Assembly: GCA_965655095.1 (NCBI GenBank)
Contig: OZ296650.1
Span: 29,636,001 to 29,700,000 of the forward strand
From: Haplodiscus bocki
Lineage: Eukaryota
Direction of reading: 5' to 3'
Length of the DNA: 64,000 nt
The notes under the pieces are model-generated. The model saw only the letters and a list, made by a program, of their open reading frames with translations. It did no database searches and was not told where the DNA came from. The position numbers were made by a program, and so were the translations under genes. This document shows, in pieces, positions 26,401 through 40,100 of the stretch (position 1 is the first letter of the stretch; each line of letters opens with the position of its first letter).

Positions 26401-28994
26401 GTTTTCTGGCAGTTCAGCGTTGTGACACCATCGTCTGCGTTGCAAATTCAGGAAGTTACAAAATTTCCACAGTGTATTGTCGTTTTCGGCATCCTGCAAT
26501 TAGCGATGATTTGTTTTTGAATGTGGCTCTTGTGCTTTTCCACACTTGTAGATCAAATGCTTGGTTGAGTTCTGTGTTAGAAACGTTTTTCCATGCCACC
26601 TTACGAAGGAAAAACAAGTTTCACCGGAAGTTTTTGCTTTCAGCTCGTTCCAGTTGTTTTTGAGGGCAATTTTTACAGTTAGTTGGGCTACGATGGAGCG
26701 TCGAATTTTCAGTTGGAGTCAGAGTTGTGCAACCATCTTTTCCATTTTGAAGGTGCGAGTGAACGACATTTTCAGAAATTGTTTGAGATTCTTGGGTTGT
26801 GAGACTACCTTTCACTCATTTCAACTATGATTTTTGTGTTTTTCAAAGCGCTTAATGTCGTACATGAAATTCTTTGGCTTGGGTTGGAGGAGCAAAGCTA
26901 AGCCTTATGCTGCGAATTTACGTAAGAGCAGTATTTCAGAATGTCTTTTTGTTTTGACATGTTGAGCCCAATATTTATTTGCATCCAAGTAAATTTTTAG
27001 GGTTTACCAAGAGTTTTACGTCAACCGATTGACTGACAGAAAATATTTTCGTTTTCGGCATCGTGCAGCTATCTTTTACTTGCTCTCAAGTTTTTTCGGC
27101 TTACCCATAATTGTAAATCAATTGTTCGGGCGATTTCGGATATGTAGAACTATCATTTCTGATGCAACTTATGAAGAAACCTTGTTCTCAAAAGGTATCT
27201 TCGTTCTGGCTCTCTTTTCAATAAGAGCCCACGAAGGAGCCACAGTCTTAGAAAAAAATTCTCCATTTCGGTATCATGTAACAAACCTTCAATAGCTTGC
27301 AAATAGGGTTTTGGGCTCTCCCAAACTTGTACTTCAAACGTTCAGGGTTGGGACTTGTGAAACGATTTTGCTTCGATGAGTACTTGCGAAAGAACGACAC
27401 TTTCGGGAATTTTCTTTGCGTTCAGCATAATGCAGCTCACTTTCAATTGTGTTTAGAACGGTTCCTATAAAATAGGGGTTCACCAAAACTTCTAGGTCAA
27501 ATTTTTATGTGAGTTGGGAGTTGCGAAACTATCTTTTTGATGCCAATTGAAATAGAAACGACATTTTCAAAGAGTCTTGAACTTCAGCAACCTGCCACTA
27601 TCGTTGACATGTTTTCGAATATAGTTATTGAGATCACCCAAACTTCCACATCAGATTGAGTTCAGTTCGGAAGTGTGAAACTTTCTTTCCCATGCGAAAT
27701 TGCGATAGAACGGCTTTTTCAGAATGTCTTCTGCTTTTCAGCATGTTGATACCAAGTTTTAGTTAACTTCCAATATGGGTTTTGCCCTCACCCAAGCGCA
27801 AACGACACCTTTAATGGGTTTTGCAGCTGTAAAACCATGTGTTTCCATGCTTATAAGGGAACGAACGACTTTTCAAGCAAGTATTTTCGTTTTCAGCATC
27901 CTGCAACAACTGTTTACTTGTTTTCAAATATAGTTTTTGGGCTCGCTCAGTTTGTATTTCGATTGTTGTGTTGAGCTCGGATATGTGGAACCATTTTTTC
28001 TATGGGAATTTACGAAGAAACGACAATTTGAGCAAGTTTTTTCGTTTTCGACATCATGCAGGAAACATTCATTTGTTTTCAAATTCGGTTTTGTCCTGTC
28101 CCAGATTTGTTCAGCAGATGTTTAATCTGCGTTCATAACGTCTAACTTGGTAAATAAGGGTCGCCCAGTTTTATACGCTGTTCAAACTTTGGTATTTGAG
28201 TAGTTTCTAATCAAGTAGAATGAAACAACTATCTATATTAGTTAAAAGTCGCATCTTTTACATGAGGTAAATGTTTAGGATGCGGATCCAATACACTGCA
28301 TTGGCTCTCGAAATTTTTTATGCGCCTTTTGGTTACCGTTTAGGGCCATTTTGAGCCAAAAGTTGAAGAAAATCTTTGACAAATTATCGGGAGCCATAAA
28401 ACTCTGCGGGGGTCCCCCAGCATATACTACTCATGAATAATATCGTTTGAACTAGAAAACTGACACTAGATAAATCAATCTACCCAGAATATGAAGTTGA
28501 TTAAACACTGGATGAAAGAAACTGAGTCAATAATTCAAGAGAAAAAAAATGAAAATTGACTGTAATCGACATCATACGCTTTTCAAGCAATGTTTGGTTT
28601 TTATCCTCTCTAGATCACCTTCATCACATCACCTTTTGTGATCATCATCATCATCACATCACCTTTTAGAAATTTGAGTAAAATCAACATCCGATGCATT
28701 TGCAAAAGCATGTCGGGAAAAAACAAGCTCGGTAAAAAGTGCTCAACTTAAGAGAATCGACGACATAAAGCAAGCTGCCGATTCAGCTGTTAATGGAAAC
28801 AATTAAGAAAAACGGTACTTTGAAAACTTTCAGAAATCGAAATCAGAATCATTTGTAGCAAAGTTTAGACCAGGATGTCCCGAAAATGAAAAAAAAAATC
28901 TAGAATAAGTGCTCGACTTGAACGAATCGACCAAGTAAGCTGTCGATTAAGCCGTGAAGGAAAAGAATTGAGTGGGTAGTTTAGGAAAAATGGC
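16753..28994. repeat. Giant inverted repeat P1: arms 16753-22332 and 23411-28994 (~5.6 kb each), spacer ~1.08 kb
   Basis: The arms are reverse complements along their length. Mirrored ORFs include 19087-19401(-)/26349-26663(+) and 21781-21969(-)/23774-23962(+). Inner ends: GGCGAGGAAAAAGGGACG / CGTCTCTTTTTCCTCGCC. Confidence 0.97.
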
Positions 28995-29324
28995 GAAACG
29001 GTGAAAATTATTGTGGAAAAATTGTTGCTTTTTTGGCATGGATATACGTCTGTTTTTTTTTGCAGTGAGTTTGCGTTGGCGAAGATTGGTAAATTGAAAG
29101 ATCTGAGTTTTTTCTTGGGCGCAGATACTTCTGCACCGTCTAAGTACGTATGCCATCGTTTTATCAGAGCCTGATGAATTTTTTAACTGGCCCCTCAAAT
29201 GTTAAAAAGAACCATCATTTGGGTTCTTTTTAACATTCAAAAGAAACATTCAAAATTTTGAATGATATTGCCAAAATTATTCCAATATAAAGAAAATTAC
29301 CCTCAAAATTTGATTATATGGGGG

Positions 29325-29830
29325 ACAATTTACATTTTTTTACCTCATCCGAGAGTCTAGTAGACGGTCTAAAAGGACCTTTTTTTGAGACATTTGTTTG
29401 GCAGGTAGTTGTTTATCTTCGAGTTCTAAAATGTGCTAGTTTTATAAACTTGTGGTTTGAAACAAATGAACAACAGCGGTCTAAAAAGTCATGTTTTGCA
29501 TATCAAGGTCTTAAAATATGAAACTCTGTTGGTAGTATGTTGTTCTTTTTTCGCGTTGTTTGCTGTGGAAATTTCTTAAACTTCGGGCTGCAAAATGGCA
29601 AAACCTTAAAAAGGCATGATTGACAGATTAAATGAGTATGAGGCACGATGACAGGTTTTGTCTCAATTCGATTTTTTCGAAAAACTTGGATTGAAAGACG
29701 ATGTAGTTTTTCTAGAGGTTCCAATCAGATCTCCGATCATGTTTTCAAACATCTCAGGACCTTTGAGGCGTAATCTTTATCTTTGATCTCAACTTACCAG
29801 TCAGAATGTGTTGTGAAGTTCCGCTTCGCT
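29325..29830 (+). repeat. Diverged dispersed element, copy 3 of 4
   Basis: TGATCTCAAC at 29784; hairpin GTGAAG-TTCCG-CTTCGC at 29813-29829; GCAAAATGGC and TGATTGACAGAT blocks upstream. Confidence 0.75.
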
Positions 29831-30099
29831 TGTGTAAAAAAAGGTTGATAATTACTTGACACGGGCATTTTAAAACCTGGTTTCAATTAAATAATTTTCA
29901 GACGTTTCACACCAAATTTCTATTGGATCAGTATGGCGTAAATTATAGTTTTTTTTAAAAAAAATCAATTGAATTTTATAAAACTTTGAAAATTTTAATA
30001 CATTCTGCGATCAACGATTGATTTTATTTCGTTCTTTGTCCGCAGCCATGCAGATACAAACTTGTGATTTGAAAATAATTTTTCATCTATTTTTTCTAG

Positions 30100-30121
30100 C
30101 TCTCGAAACGCAAAAAGATGA
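30100..30121 (+). CDS. SCOC: Probable terminal coding exon of SCOC (R-SRNAKR-stop), followed by a 3' UTR
   Basis: Strong pyrimidine tract plus CTAG acceptor (AG at 30098-30099). Phase 2 matches the 13390 donor. Gives a short basic C-terminus like SCOC's ...KSKRK. The alternative is read-through to the stop at 13429. Confidence 0.6.
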
Positions 30122-30529
30122 AAAGTGAAGAATTACATGGAAGATTGAGGGGACAGTACACCATGCGTTTCCCTTCGGAGCAATATTGGCATGTGGAACA
30201 AAGAAAATAGAGGGACATTGTGATCGTGTCTACTCCTCAACTGATGGTGCATGGAAGTTGCCGCTTAGCGGTCTCATCAAAAACACAATTAGTTCCAAAA
30301 AATGCAAATATCAAACCTTTTTTTGTAAAACTTATGTTGTGATAGATTGAATGAATAGAGCGAAAAATATTTTGGAATGTTGCAAACTTAGTACAATTTT
30401 GTCCTGTGATGTCTGTTTCTTGAACTACCCATTATGTTTTGTACATTACTGTTTGAATCCCCGACATTGAGTCTCAGTCTCTTCCAATTCTAGTCTGCAT
30501 TTTATTGTTTTCCGCCCACATTTCTAATA

Positions 30530-30983
30530 TGGAAGGAAAATCATCCACTCAACGTGAACGAGGTGCAATTTTTTTTATGTTTACTTGCCAATTGTCCGAG
30601 CAGAATGACCGAAGGACAATTCTGAATTTGTAAAATTTTTATCACCAAATTTTGGCAAATTTGTCGTAGAATGGGATGAATAGTAAGATTTCTCAAATAA
30701 ATACGAAAGTTGGGTTTCTTGAAAAAGTTGGGTTTCTTGAAAAAGTTGGTTTTTTTTTCCAAAAGCTGTAAAGGTGGCAAATTTGCTGTAGAATGCGTAT
30801 CAGATTATATTATTCCTAGAAAATGTCTTTTCCACCTTAATTGTGTTTTCCGGAAAAAATTCTGGGAAATAACTAGATTTGATGAAGACAGTATTTTTCG
30901 AAAAAAGGAAGCTTTCCTCCTTTTGGAAGGCATCTTGAATTTGGTGGGCCAAAAATATGCCGGCAGTAGCCGACCGTCTTGTT
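30530..30983 (+). mobile_element. Non-autonomous Helitron/Helentron-like repeat
   Basis: GC hairpin CGGC-AGTA-GCCG (30961-30972) lies just before CTTGTT (30978-30983). Internal GGCAAATTTG subrepeats and an 18-bp tandem at ~30705-30749. A homologous inverted copy starts at 62187. The class assignment is inferred. Confidence 0.45.
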
Positions 30984-31182
30984 ATTTTCCGTTGTAATTT
31001 ATTACGAAAGGAAAATTTTCCCTCAGTAGGTTGACTTTTTCTCTGGAATTTGCCAATTCGGAGAGAACATGTTCAAGATTTTTTAAACACCAAAATGTTC
31101 CTATGTACTCGTGGAATGCTGTTCTGACAATCTCGACTAAATAATTTCGCGGAAAGGCCGAACATTTTTCGCCCAAATTCCG

Positions 31183-34100
31183 AGTCAATTTGCAGCCCTG
31201 TAAGAAGAAACAAATGACATAATAAGACCAAAAACGCGATCAATCTGATGAAATTAGTTCCAACTTCCAAGTTTCTTTCGCAGGAAAAAAACCGAAGAAA
31301 ACCTCGGGCCACAACCCGAACTGAGTGTGCAATAACAAAAGTCTCCCTGCTCAGGTCAGCTTGTGCAAAATTCAGCCCATTTGGATTCCTACATTCGACT
31401 TTATTGCAGAGGAAAATATCCGAAAATTCTGGTACTGCAAACCAGGAACTCGGACATAGAAGTTCTCGCCAGCGTTGTCAAAATTGCTTTGTGCTTATAC
31501 TGAAAAATATTTTTGGGAAAAACAAATTTCAGGAAAAATCGAGAATCCGAAAAATCTGCGTTCAAAAAATGAAAACCTCGTAGGAGTGGATAACGGACGT
31601 TCAAAATAGTTTGGCGTTATAAGCACTCCATCCCTGAACCTTGTTTTCAGGATCAAAGGTGCTGCAGAGAAACGACGAAAAGATGTTTAGAACTATGTGG
31701 CTATTAGTATTAAGGACATGGGGCGGGTTTAAATGAAAGTTTTGACTCACAAACCAAAAAAAAACTTGATTTCAAGAAGTTCGAATTCAACGGAACCTGA
31801 AATTCGTTGACTGAGTACACAGTAAAACAACACTCCGAATTCGTTGACAATGCAAATTTTTTACGTAGACCTGACAGTTTTACAATTGTTCCCTTGAACA
31901 ATTTTGACTTCTGTTAGCGAGTTTTCCATTATAAGACTAATGCTTCTTCATTGACTAATGATACAATTTTGAGAGGAAAAACATCATTTTTCAAACACCC
32001 CACATTTTGTACGTTTTAGAACTACTTAGTCGCACTCTGCAAATGAAGAAATCCTAAACTCAAGAACGGAAAGTAGCATCACCTTGGACGTTATCAATTG
32101 ACAAATTGAAATTCAAAAGGACACGTGAAAAAAGATTGATCAATATCGCATTTGATGTCATGATTTTCCTTTCACATTTGTTTTTGGGTGAAAAGTCAAA
32201 ACAGTCTGAGCGAGTCCAAGACACGAAATGGGCAAAACCTAAATGTTAATTTTAAAATGCGTTAAACCAAAAAAAACATTCTGCAAAGCCGTGGTTTAGC
32301 AAATTCACACCAGAAGAGATAATTCAGAAACTCCTAACTCGGTTGAACATTTGATGCAAAACTGTGGCTGGTCCCAAAAACATACTGCGAAACAATTAAA
32401 CAGCAGTCTGACAAGGTTCAAAAACCAAAAATTTTGAAAAGTTTGGACTGAGACTAAAATTACCCAAGCAAACTAACCGTTCCAGGAAGAAATGTGGGAG
32501 AGGCCAAAAGCATATTGGAAAAACAATTGAACGTTAGTGTTACAACGCCTCAACTCGACGGACCTTCGGAATAAGCTGCTGTTCCATGAAACCACATCAA
32601 AACGTTACTATTACAATTCGAACTTGATTAATTGTTCGTGGGTGAGTCTGGAAACTGAAAAAAAATCCCAGCTCGCTTAAATTTGTATTGCACTGGCTTG
32701 AGAAACCGCAAGACCAATTGGTAGCAAAAAAACGAAACTGTTATAAAAAAAGAAAACTAAATGTATCTTTGAAAATGCCTTGCTTTGCAAAAATGTCAAA
32801 ATGGTTGCGGTAGACCTGCAATGAAAACACTTGTTATACTAGTCTTGAAGAGCAATAGCCATCTTCTGAGAAAATTCAAAGCAGGTTTCAATGCCAATGA
32901 CGTAAAAAGTTGTTGAAAACTGCAATGTTTCTTTTCAATAAACATCAAGAAACGAGGCTTCACACAGTTAATTTTTTCAAATTATCATTCTTTTCGCTAC
33001 ACTTAAAAACCCAAAAACTTTATTGAAAATTAACTGCGCGTTTCTATCATACTATATGAAACCAAAACAAGTTCTAAAAATGCTGTTCCCTTGCAAACTA
33101 AGCATCAAAGAGTGCTTCAGTTCCGTGATTTGTACTACACTTTTGGATGGCCTTTTGAAAGCGCAAAAGAAGTTTCGGAGCTACGAATTATTCCTACTAT
33201 GTAACAGTAAACCCAAAGTCTCTCTGAAAATGCGGTGCATTTGATAATTACTTTTTTAAAAGTGAATCGACACTTTCGACCTCAACTAAACAGGTACGTA
33301 GAATATGTAAAAGTACCGATTACACCAAAAACATAATGAAAACAGTTGACCGTTAGCTTCATTTTTTACCAAACGAAGCTCTTCTCATAAAACACCATCT
33401 TGTGGCGAAGTCCCAACCGGGAAGGTGTATCTAGTCGTCTGCACAAAACTAAGAATTCAATGTACAACCTTGCAAAGGCCAAAAAACAAACTGTAAGCTT
33501 TGAAAAGTTACTCTTGATTTGCGGCAAACACAAATTTGTCTGTGTCTTTTTCTGCAAATTCACATCAAAAGGTTGTTGTAGAGCTCTGATTTTAGGTAAA
33601 CAAATGACCTACAAGTCTGAAGGAGCTCACAAAGCAACATGGAAAATATTTCAGCACAATTCCAACAACTCAGTAAATGAAAGTCCTGAAAATGAAGCAT
33701 TTCTGCAAGCTAACATCAAAAATGCAACTTGAGTTGAAGCATACGTTTCCTGTACAATTCGTGTTGAACTCAAAAGAAAATTATGAAACACTACAGTTAG
33801 TTCACGCTTCAATGAATCTTTCTAGAGTGCCGCACCTCCCGCATTTTGGAGCAGAGGTGGTTATAGTCTTGATAGTGCAATCAAAAAAATTTCAGAGGAA
33901 TTCTGGGACAAATCTAGAAACCACGTGAGGAAAACAATTCAACGTAAATGGGCATCAGGTTTACTCAAAAGATTTTTTCAAAAAAAACCACGGCTGTTTC
34001 TTGAAAAAAAAACATGAAAATGTTCGAAGTCAAACACTCAAATACAATTGAATTAAGGTACTGCTTTATCGATTGAGCATGAACAGCACAAGGACTGCAA

Positions 34101-37100
34101 ACCAAAGTTGAATTCATGGTAGCTAGAAGCAAGATTTCCTGAAAAATCGAATCCGTTGCCAGCACACAACAAAAAAAATTCCAGTACACTTCACTGGAGT
34201 ATCGTTGTTTTTAAAGACGTTTAACAGTCTAACGACCAGTTTTAAAACTGAAAAGTTCAATGCAAACTGATAAGTCATTCAAGAAGTACCTTTTTTCTCT
34301 GAAACAACAACACGACCGGTGGTTGTAAACATTCGTTATCAACTGAAAACTCGATGTGCAGAACAGTGCGACCTCAAAAACTCTCATTTTTTTGGTAAAC
34401 TCTCATTGTATTCATGACAATGTATTCACAGCGAATTACAATAAAAGCGGGAACAGGTCTAAAAAATGTTTTTTAATTAGCTTCCAAGTTAGAAAAGAGA
34501 GAAGTGGACAACATTTTTTCACTGGGAAGCAATTTTTTCTAGCATTTATGAGCAATCTTAGTACAAACAGCGGCTCAACAGAAATTTCGCTTTTACAGTC
34601 CCCACTCTATTCTGGTGCAAAAAATAGGTGCGTGAAAATAGTGTTGATCACTGCTGCCGCAGAAGGAAGCTGTTGTTTTATTTTGTTATGTGGAAAAACT
34701 GATGAAACTGAACTGTACGGTACTAACAACAAAAGATGACTCGATGTGAATGGATACAAGCAACACCTCTGTTTGAACTTCTGAGAGTTCGCCCATTTTC
34801 TTCCTAAATTATATAAACATTGGGTTTTCTAGAAGATCAGCTCTTGCATCCCCAACGTTTTTCGACTGTGAAATTTAGCTGCGTCAAAACAGTTTGGAAA
34901 AGTACTGCCACAAAAGTAAGCTGCATTTTGGTTTTGATCAGTGGATAATTTGGTGAAACTCAAATGTATGGAAGTAATTACGTTTATTTGATCTGAGTGA
35001 ATGCAAGAAACAGCGCTGCTTGAAGTTCTGAACAATTGCCCGCACTGTTCCAAGTTTCACATCAAACTAACTGATTACTCAATTTGACTAAAGGATCAAC
35101 AAAAACCAGTTCAAAACATGAAATTGTTGATGTGCTGAAACAAAAGAAACGGAAACGCTTCGCAAGAAATATCGTCAGCAATTCAATTCTCAACTTTCAA
35201 AATGTTTCTAAGCCTGTTTCAAAACTCACCTCTAATCGACCACATCAGAGGTCATGAAAGGCAGTCCTGAAACACCTGGTGAAGAATAGCGATTTGAGGA
35301 TTGAGAGTCAAAAAAGCTCGACTCGGAGAATCCATAAATCAAGAACCCTAAAAAAGGCAGCTCCATTGAAAATGTTGCATATCGATATTATTCCTAAAAA
35401 GTCTGTCTGAATGTCTGAATGCCTCTATCAGCAGAACTTCAAACCTGACTTGGAACATTGAACATTTGGGATTTTCCCTTTAATTTTCTGTCTTCCAATA
35501 CTTAGGGAAGAGAGGCATCTTGATTTTGTTCAGTGATGAAGTCCCCAGTGCTCTCTAAACTGAAAAGTTCTTCAAATTTTTGAGAGGTAGTACCGTACTT
35601 CAGAGGGTAAGAAAGGGCGAAGCGAACTTTGGGCAAGGCAGCGAGTGGATCCCAGGAGGCTTCGTTTTCGACGCTGTTTCCCAGCCCCTCAACTATCGTA
35701 CCTTGAAGAAAAAATTGCGCAGTCTTCCACAAGAAAACTTCGACTTTAGGCTAATTCTGCTTTTTTAAATTGTTTGTAGTAGAAGTGTTCTATGAATATT
35801 AGCATTTGCTGTAATGCAGTCGACCATTTTTTGTTTCCTTTCGAAATACGTTTTCAAGCAACTCCTAATACCTTTCTTCAATGCGCATCTTGGATTCATC
35901 CTTTTGGAGATGAACCACTTTTTAGTTGGAACTTAACGAGTAAAATAGAGTCTGAATAGTTGGACTTTTTACTGCAGACGCTGGTTGTCTTTTTCAGTAA
36001 CTCTCGATTCAAATCTGACTGTTTTACAACTCGGCAGAAACAATATGAGCAGACACTTTTTCACCAAGCCAATTTTCAACGCTTTGAATAAAAGGGATCC
36101 TCTTATGCAAGCTATCTGATAGGCTCTACTGAGGTTGAAAAACTGCTTGTTGCTTTTGATCCTAGATAATTTCGCTGCTTGAAACTCAATAAACAATCAA
36201 GCATGAGTGCTTGAGCTAACAAATTGTGTCCATCAATCCAAATGACTGAGGCTCATTAACATTATTTGCCTTTTATTGCAATTTTTTCATATTCACGGTT
36301 TATCGTCTGTGGGAAGAATTTGGCAACTAACCAAACTTGAAAACAGCGATTGCTCCTTGAAAGTTTCCATATGAGGTACATATGCCACTCTCTTTTAGAG
36401 GCACCTCACAATATGAGTCGGATCGAATATTGGAACTGTGCACTGTTTGTTTCTCAAAATTTCGCAGCTAACATCGAAGGGTCTGCAAAAGGTTCAAGTT
36501 GGAAAATTCAAAAAAAAGTCTTCCTCCGAATTGGATGAAGGCTCCTGCAAAAAATGTAGTGTAACCGCGAGGAGAAAGATTTTCAAGCTCTTGACTGACC
36601 TAATTTTGATTGGATCAAATCGTTGGACTGATGATTCGCTCAAATGACGTCCGTCTGAAGTTATTACCAATTCGTGGCGATTGAAAAACTGCAAAATGAA
36701 ACCAAGCGTGAAGACAGAGATTTCTAACTTTTTCATATCTTGTTCTTTCCGTACTGAAGAAGCACCTTCTAGAAAAAGCACAAAATATTTCTTTTCCCCC
36801 TATGTATAATATATTCGACTGTAAATCTTTGTTCCTGCGTTTGCTAAAGGAGGCATCTTTGTCCAGGCGAAAGTCACAAACAGCATTAATCAATTGTATT
36901 TTCTCCGCTTTCAACAGTTGATTCAGGATCTCCTTGAAAGTCTTCAGTTTTGGTTGCCCAAAAACACAGCAACAAAACAATGCAATTTCGATCAGCCATA
37001 GTTTCAAAAGAATGCGAAGTCATCAGAATGCTAACTCACTAACGAAAGATTTTGAGTAACCACTTGCAGCCAGAAAAAGGGGAAACCTACAAAACCTAGA

Positions 37101-40100
37101 TGCGGAAATGCGCATTGCTGACTGCCAAAAACATAGATTAGCGATATCTATTGAAAACGCTGAATGTCAAATTTTGATGACTTCGCATTCTTTTGAAACT
37201 ATGGCTGATCGAAATTGCGTTGTTTTGTTGCTGTGTTTTTGGGCAACCAAAAACTGAAGAGTTTTAAGGAGATCCTGAATCAACTGTTGAAAGCGGAGAA
37301 AATACAACTGTTCAATGCTGTTTGTGACTTCCCCCTGGACAAAGATGCCTCCTTTAACAAACGCAGGAACAAAGATCTACAGTCGAATAAATTATACATA
37401 GTGGAAAAGAAATGTTTTGTGCTTTTTCTAGAAGGTCCTTCTTCAGTATGGAAAGAACACGATTTGAAAATGTTAGAAATCTCTGTCTTCACGCTTGGTT
37501 TCAATTTGCAGTTTTTCAATCGCCACGAATTTGTAACGACTTCAGACAGATGTCAATTGAGCGAATCATCATTCCAACGATTTGATCCAATCAAAAATAG
37601 GTCAGTCAAGAGCTTGAAAATCTTTCTCCCCGCGGTTACACTACATTTTGTGCAGGAGCCCTCATCCAATTCGGAGGAAGACTTTTCTTGAATTTTCAAC
37701 TTGAACCTTTTGCAGACCCTCCGATGTTAGCTGCGAAGTTTTGAGAAACAAACAGGGCACAGTTCCAATAGTCGATCCGACTCATATTGTGAGATGCCTC
37801 TGAAAGAGAGTGGCATGTGTGCCTCATATGGAAACTTTCAAGGAGCAATCGCTGTTTTCAAGTTTGGTTAGTTGCCAAATTCTTCCCACAGACGATGAAC
37901 CGTGAATATGAAAAAATTTGCATTAAAAGGCAAATATTGTTAAGGAGCCTCAATCATTTGGATTGATGGACACACTCTGTTAGCTCAAGCACTTACGCTT
38001 GATTGTTTATTGGTTTCAAGCAACGAAATTATCTAGGATCAAAAGCAACAAGCAGTTTTTCAACCTCAGTAGAGCCTATCAGAAAGCTTGCATAAGAGGA
38101 TCCCTTTTATTCAAAGCGTTGAAATTTGGCTTGGTGAAGAAGTATCTACTCATATTGTTTCTGCCGAGTTGTAAAACCGTCAGACTTGAATCGAGAGTTA
38201 CTGGAAAAGACAACGAGCGTCTGCAGTAAAAAGTCAAACTATTCAGACTCTATTTTACTCGTTAAGTTCCAACTAAAAATTGGTTCATCTCCAAAAGGAT
38301 GAATCCAAGATGCGCATTGAAGAAAGGTATTAGGAGTTGCTTGAAAAAGTATTTCGTAAGGAAACAAAAAATAGTCAACTGCATTACAGCAAGTGCTAAT
38401 ATTCATAGAACACATCTACTACAAACAAGTTAAAAAAGCAGAATTAGCCTAAAGTCGAAGTTTTCTTGTGGAAGACTGCGCAATTTTTTCTTCAAGGTAC
38501 TATAGTTGAGGGGTTGGGAAAGAGCGTTGAAGACTAAGCTTCCTGGGATCCACACGCTGCCTTGCCCGAAGTTCGCTTCGCCCTTCCTTACCCTCTGAAG
38601 TACGGTACTACCTCTCAAAAATTTGAAGAACTTTTCAGTTTAGAGAGCACTGGGGACTTCATCACTGAACAAAATCAAGATGCCTCTCTTCCCTAAGTAT
38701 TGGAAGACGGAAAATTAACGGGAAAATCCCATTTGTTCAGTGTTCCAAGTGAGGCTTGAAGTTCTTCTGATTGAGGCATTCAGACATTCAGACAGACTTT
38801 TTAGGAATAATATCGATATGCAACATTTTCAATGGAGCTGGTCTTTTTAGGGTTCTTGATTTATGGATTCTCGGAGTCCAGCCTTTTTTGACTTTCAATG
38901 CTCAAATCGCTATTCATCACCAAGTTTTTCAGGACTGCTTTTCAAGACCTTTGATGTGGTCGATTAGAGGTGAATTTTGAATCAGGCTTAAAAACATATT
39001 GAAAGTTGAGAATTGAATTGCTGACGATATCTCTTGCGAAGCGTTTCTATTTTTTTGTTCTAACACAACATTAATTTCATGTTTTGAACTGGTTTTTGTG
39101 GATCCTTCAGTCAAATTGAATGTTTAATAAGTTTGATGTGAAACTTGGCACAGTGCGGGCAAATGTGCAGAAATTCAAGCAGCTCTGTTTCTTGCATTCG
39201 CTCAGATCAAGTAAACGTGTTCATTTTCATACATTTGAGTTTCACCAAATTATCCACTGATCAAGACAAAACAGCAACTTGCTTTTATTGCAAAACTTTT
39301 CCAAAATGTTTTGATGCAGCTAAATTTCACAGTATAATAGCGTTGGGGATGCAATAGCTGATTTTCTAGAGAACCCAATGTTCAAACAATTTAGGAAGAA
39401 AATGGGCGAACTCTGAGAAGTTCAAACAGAGCTGTTGCTTGTATCCATTCACATCGAGTCAACATTTGTTGTTAGTACCGTACAGTTCAGTTTCATCAGT
39501 TTTTCCAAATATCAAAATAAAACAGCAGCTTCCTTCTGCGGCAGCAGTGATCAACACTATTTCCACGCACCTAATTTTTACACCAGAATGGAGTGGGGAC
39601 TGCAAAAGCGAAAGTTCTGTTGAGCCGCTGTTTGGACTGAGATTGCTCATAAATGCTAGAAAAAATTGCTTCCCAGTGAAAAATTGTTGTCCACTTCTCT
39701 CTTTTCTAACTTGGAAGCTACTTAAAAAACATTTTTTAGACCTGTTCCCGCTTTTATTGTAATTCGCTGTGAATACATTGTCATGAATACAATGAGAGTT
39801 TACCGAAAAAAATGAGAGTTTTTGAGGTCGCACTGTTCTGCACATCGAGCTTCCAGTTGATAACGAATGTTTAAAACCACCGGTCCTGTTGTTCTTTCAG
39901 AGAAAAAAGGTACTTCTTGAATGACTTATCAGTTTGCATTGAACTTTTCACTGTTTTGAAACTGGTCGTTAGACTGTTAAACGTCTTTAAAAACAACGAT
40001 ACTCCACTGAAGTGACCTTGAAATTTTTTTGTTGTGTGCTGGCAACGGATTCGCTTTTTCAGGAAATCTTGCTTCTAGCTACCATGAATTCAACTTTGGT

